Assembly (NCBI RefSeq): GCF_040286215.1
Contig: NZ_JAVKCK010000029.1
Span: 25,879 to 89,878, forward strand
Length of the DNA: 64,000 nucleotides
Direction of reading: 5' to 3'
Origin: Microcella sp.
Lineage (GTDB): Bacteria; Actinomycetota; Actinomycetes; Actinomycetales; Microbacteriaceae
The notes beneath the pieces were generated by a model, which was not told where the DNA came from, ran no database searches, and saw only the letters and a program-made list of their open reading frames with translations. How positions within the stretch are numbered: the stretch's first letter is position 1; each line of letters starts with the position of its first letter. Made by a program: the position numbers and the translations under genes. This document shows positions 61,030 to 64,000 of this stretch, in pieces.

Positions 61030-61656
61030 TCAGCTCGACTCGGCGAGCGTGTCGGTGATCATGGCGCGCAAGGTCGAGGGCTCGGTGAGGAGCCCTGAGA
61101 TGCGCGCGGCGACGCGGCCCTGCCGGTCGAGCACGAGGGTCGTCGGCACGGCGTTGGGCGCGACCTGCCCGGCGAAGGCGAGCCGGGTCGAGCCGTCGTT
61201 CGCGTCGAGGATCGACGGGTAGGTGACGCCGAACTCCTCCGCGAAGGCGAGCGCCGTGGGGGCCTGGTCGTAGATGTTGACGCCGAGGAACTCGACGCCC
61301 TCGGGGGCGAACTGCTGCCAGATCGCTTCGAGGTCGGCCGCCTCGGCACGGCACGGCGGGCAGCCCGCGTACCAGAAGTTGACGACGAGAACCTCGCCGC
61401 GGTAGTCGTCGCTCGAGACGGTCTCGCCTGACTCCACCTGCCCCTCGAAGGTCACGGGCTCGCCGCGCTCCTCCTCGGCGATGACCGTGTAGGCGCCGTC
61501 GCCGGAGATGTAGCCCTGACCGGTGCCCGAGCGGTACTGCTCGGCGAGCGGATCGCTGGCGGTGCAGCCGGTGAGAGCGAGCGCGCCGGCCACGATCAGG
61601 GCGAGTGCCGTGCGACGTGCGGGCACGGCACGTGCAGCGGCAGGGCGGGCGGTCAC
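61030..61656 (-). CDS. resA: TlpA/ResA family thiol-disulfide oxidoreductase lipoprotein
   Basis: Lipobox GALALTGC. Active site FWYAGCPPCRAE. GTGA overlap with the upstream gene. Confidence 0.88.
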   Translation of the reverse strand: MTARPAAARAVPARRTALALIVAGALALTGCTASDPLAEQYRSGTGQGYISGDGAYTVIAEEERGEPVTFEGQVESGETVSSDDYRGEVLVVNFWYAGCPPCRAEAADLEAIWQQFAPEGVEFLGVNIYDQAPTALAFAEEFGVTYPSILDANDGSTRLAFAGQVAPNAVPTTLVLDRQGRVAARISGLLTEPSTLRAMITDTLAESS

Positions 61657-62285
61657 ACGGCTCCTAGATCGGTGGCGTTCGCCAGCAATTCTGCTCCGGG
61701 TTCCTGATAGCCGATCTCAGTGAACGCGCCCTCCTGCCAGGCGAAGGAGGTGATGCTCGACAGCGAGCAGCGCCGCTTGCGCGGGTCGTGCGCGAGCGGC
61801 TGCCCGGCGGTGGCGCGGTGCACCATCCAGATCGGCAGCTGGTGGCTGACCATGACGACCTCGCCCGAGTCGGTGCGCTCGCAGGCATCGGTCATGGCCG
61901 CGAGCATCCGCGTCGCGATGGAGGCGAACGGCTCGCCCCAGCTGGGCGTGCGGGGATTGCGCAGCAGGTGCCAGTGACGCGGGTCGGCGAGCGTGCGCCG
62001 ATTCATGCGCTTGCCCTCGAAGCGGTTGCTCGGCTCGATGAGGCGCTCCTCGGTGTGGATGTCGAGGCCGAACGCCTCCGCCCACGGCGCCGCCGACTCC
62101 TGCACGCGCTGCAGCGGGGAGGCGTACAGCGCGGTGACGGGATGCCCGGCCAGGGCTCCCACGGCCGCTTCCGCCATGCGCTGCCCGAGGTCGCTGAGCC
62201 GAAAGCCCGGCAGCCGCCCGTACAGCACGCGCGTAGGGTTGTGCACTTCGCCGTGCCGCACGAGGTGGAGGACGTCGGCCGGCAT
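61653..62285 (-). CDS. histidine phosphatase family protein
   Basis: RHG motif LHLVRHGEV. ...SPLQRVQES...VMVSHQLPI. Conserved position ahead of resA, as I recall for actinobacteria. Confidence 0.85.
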   Translation of the reverse strand: MPADVLHLVRHGEVHNPTRVLYGRLPGFRLSDLGQRMAEAAVGALAGHPVTALYASPLQRVQESAAPWAEAFGLDIHTEERLIEPSNRFEGKRMNRRTLADPRHWHLLRNPRTPSWGEPFASIATRMLAAMTDACERTDSGEVVMVSHQLPIWMVHRATAGQPLAHDPRKRRCSLSSITSFAWQEGAFTEIGYQEPGAELLANATDLGAV

Positions 62286-62292
62286 GGAGTCC

Positions 62293-62298
62293 AGTCTA
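62293..62298 (-). promoter_or_regulatory. -10 box TAGACT (reverse strand), leaderless-type promoter
   Basis: Reverse strand TAGACT-ggactcc-ATG (7 nt). Confidence 0.45.
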
Positions 62299-62312
62299 GG
62301 GAGGGCCGCCGG

Positions 62313-62318
62313 TAGACT
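62313..62318 (+). promoter_or_regulatory. -10 box TAGACT, leaderless-type promoter of aspS
   Basis: TAGACT-cgtgcctc-GTG (8 nt). Confidence 0.4.
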
Positions 62319-62326
62319 CGTGCCTC

Positions 62327-63667
62327 GTGACTCGCACCGTGGTATCCCAGCTCAGCCCGCTCCCCGACGGCCCCGTGACGGTGGCCGGATGGGTCGAGAC
62401 GGTTCGCGACCAGAAGAAGGTGCAGTTCGTCATCCTGCGCGATGAGACCGGGGCCGCGCAGCTGGTTAACCCTGCCACGAGGGATCTCGAGGAGGGCGCG
62501 AGCGCCGAGCGGCAGGCCGCCGCCGCCCTGACTGATCAGCTGGGTGCGCTCGCCCACGGCACGATGATCCGCGTGACGGGCGAGCTCAAGCACGACGAGC
62601 GCGTGAAGCTCGGCGGGCTCGAGGTCAAGGTCGGCACGCTCGAGGTTGTGAGCGAGGCGATCGCCGAGACCCCGATCGCGGAGGATTCGAGCCTCGACAA
62701 GCGCCTCGACTGGCGGTTCCTCGACCTGCGACGCCCCGAAGCGAATCTGCTCTTCCGTGTGCAGACCACGTTCGAGCACGCGCTGCGCAGCTACTGGGTG
62801 GAGCGCGACTACGTCGAGCTCCACACGCCGAAGCTCATGGCGAGCGCCTCGGAGTCGCGCGCCGAGCTCTTCGAGCTGGAGTACTTCGAGACGAAGGCGT
62901 ACCTCGCTCAGAGCCCGCAGTTCTTCAAGCAGATGGCGCAGCCTGCGGGCTTCGGCAAGGTCTTCGAGATCGCCCCGGCCTTCCGCGCCGACCCCTCGTT
63001 CACCTCGCGCCACGCGACCGAGTTCACGTCCATCGACGCCGAGATCAGCTGGATCGACTCGCACGAAGACGTCATGGCGATGCATGAGCAGGCGCTGGTC
63101 GCGGCCTTCACCGCCGTCGTCGAGAAGCACGGCGCCGCGATCGAGGCTGCCTTCGATGTGGCGCTGAGCGTGCCCTCGCTGCCGTTCCCGCGCATCCCGC
63201 TCGCGGAGGCGCGCCAGATCGTCGCCGATGGCGGCTATGAGATCCCCCGCACCGACGGCGACCTCGACCCGGAGGGCGAGCGCCGCTTGTCGGCCTGGGT
63301 CAAGGCCAACCACGGCCACGACTTCGTGTTCGTCACCGACTACGCGACCGGAATCCGGCCGTTCTACCACATGCGCCGCGAGGGCGACGGGTCGATCACG
63401 AACAGCTACGACCTGCTCTACAACGGCACCGAGATCTCCACGGGCGCGCAGCGCGAGCACCGCGTCGACGTGCTCACGGCGCAGGCGAAAGAGAAGGGCA
63501 TCGACCCGGAGGAGCTCGAGTTCTACCTCGACTTCTTCCGGTACGGCGTGCCCCCGCACGGCGGTTTCGGCATGGGTCTCGCGCGGGTGCTCATGCTCAT
63601 GCTGGGTCTCGGCTCGATCCGCGAGACGACGTACCTCTTTCGCGGCCCGACGCGCCTGCTGCCTTAG
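62327..63667 (+). CDS. aspS: aspartate--tRNA ligase, archaeal/type-2 size class (probably non-discriminating Asp-tRNA(Asn) ligase)
   Basis: 446 aa. N-terminal OB fold (VTVAGWVETVRDQKKVQFVILRD). Class II motifs (FRADPSFTSRHATEFTSIDAE; GGFGMGLARV). Confidence 0.9.
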   Translation: MTRTVVSQLSPLPDGPVTVAGWVETVRDQKKVQFVILRDETGAAQLVNPATRDLEEGASAERQAAAALTDQLGALAHGTMIRVTGELKHDERVKLGGLEVKVGTLEVVSEAIAETPIAEDSSLDKRLDWRFLDLRRPEANLLFRVQTTFEHALRSYWVERDYVELHTPKLMASASESRAELFELEYFETKAYLAQSPQFFKQMAQPAGFGKVFEIAPAFRADPSFTSRHATEFTSIDAEISWIDSHEDVMAMHEQALVAAFTAVVEKHGAAIEAAFDVALSVPSLPFPRIPLAEARQIVADGGYEIPRTDGDLDPEGERRLSAWVKANHGHDFVFVTDYATGIRPFYHMRREGDGSITNSYDLLYNGTEISTGAQREHRVDVLTAQAKEKGIDPEELEFYLDFFRYGVPPHGGFGMGLARVLMLMLGLGSIRETTYLFRGPTRLLP

Positions 63668-63689
63668 CCGAGTCAAATCGCGGCGGCGC

Positions 63690-64000
63690 TCAGACCGTGA
63701 AGTCGGGGCGGATGCTCCAGCCCGTGTGGTCCTCGAGCGTCGCCATGAGGGTGAGCGCCTGCAACCGCGCGTGGTCGTCGCTCACCCTCGAGTACACGTC
63801 GATCGCGAGGGGCGGCGGCTCACCGAACTTCGGAATCTCGATCTCGACCCACGCACCCTCGGCCAGTTCGACGTAGGGGCGCGTCGTGCGCTGCTGCCGC
63901 ACGGGAGAGTCGACGGCGAGGGCGACGATGGCGAGAGCATCCAGCTTCGTGACGGCGCTGCGCACGACGATCGTGGCGCAGTACTCGGCGATGTCTCGGT
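63690..64000 (-). CDS. hypothetical protein, 5' end outside window
   Basis: The reading frame is open from the right edge of the window (no stop upstream of the GTG at 63965). ...LDALAIVALAVDSPVRQQRTTRPYVELAEGAWVEIEIPKFGEPPPLAIDVYSRVSDDHARLQALTLMATLEDHTGWSIRPDFTV. No motif recognised. Confidence 0.5.
   Translation of the reverse strand, partial: RDIAEYCATIVVRSAVTKLDALAIVALAVDSPVRQQRTTRPYVELAEGAWVEIEIPKFGEPPPLAIDVYSRVSDDHARLQALTLMATLEDHTGWSIRPDFTV

Overview
This is a 64-kb stretch of a very G+C-rich actinobacterial chromosome. The taxon call (Actinomycetota, probably Micrococcales) is inference from three things: Lsr2, many leaderless-type promoters, and the conserved order tRNA-Tyr ... tRNA-Thr/tRNA-Met ... 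MaoC dehydratase pair-murB ... aspC-tRNA-Trp-secE-nusG-rplKA ... rplJL. I support about 66 protein genes, 4 tRNAs and a set of regulatory or repeat elements. All coordinates were worked out by hand from the sequence and the ORF track. Many track ORFs were trimmed at the 5' end to the start that has an RBS or a leaderless -10 box.

Content is mostly core housekeeping:
- ribosomal protein, secE and nusG genes
- a complete menaquinone pathway (menF, D, A, E, B, C, G plus a polyprenyl synthase)
- a system II cytochrome c maturation set (resA-ccdA-resB-ccsB)
- a LacI-controlled sugar ABC importer with a distant GH13 alpha-glucosidase
- three two-component systems
- envelope enzymes (murB, an M23 peptidase, a lytic transglycosylase, cls)
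- a sensor adenylate cyclase next to an MscS-type channel

I saw no transposase, integrase, phage gene, CRISPR array or recognisable defence system, so I cannot claim a clear novel multi-gene system.

The most unusual locus is 30.5-32.6 kb. The slot after tRNA-Met, which I recall holding rpmG in other actinobacteria, instead carries three things: a stand-alone 27-codon acidic CxxC peptide gene with a near-consensus promoter, a perfect palindromic operator, AGGAGG and its own terminator; an APH-fold protein whose catalytic loop looks degenerate; and a divergent 192-aa coiled-coil protein of unknown function. A 16/17-nt copy of the tRNA-Met 3' end lies beside them.

Secondary points:
- a 35-codon membrane-peptide ORF ahead of a two-component operon, with a G5/C5 hairpin cluster upstream
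- a three-site LacI operator regulon
- a tRNA-Tyr whose 3' end sits 3 nt from the next start codon
- two large palindromic intergenic elements
- an extra thioredoxin-CcdA module fused into an operon with a response regulator and kinase

All functional calls rest on motif recognition, not on database searches.
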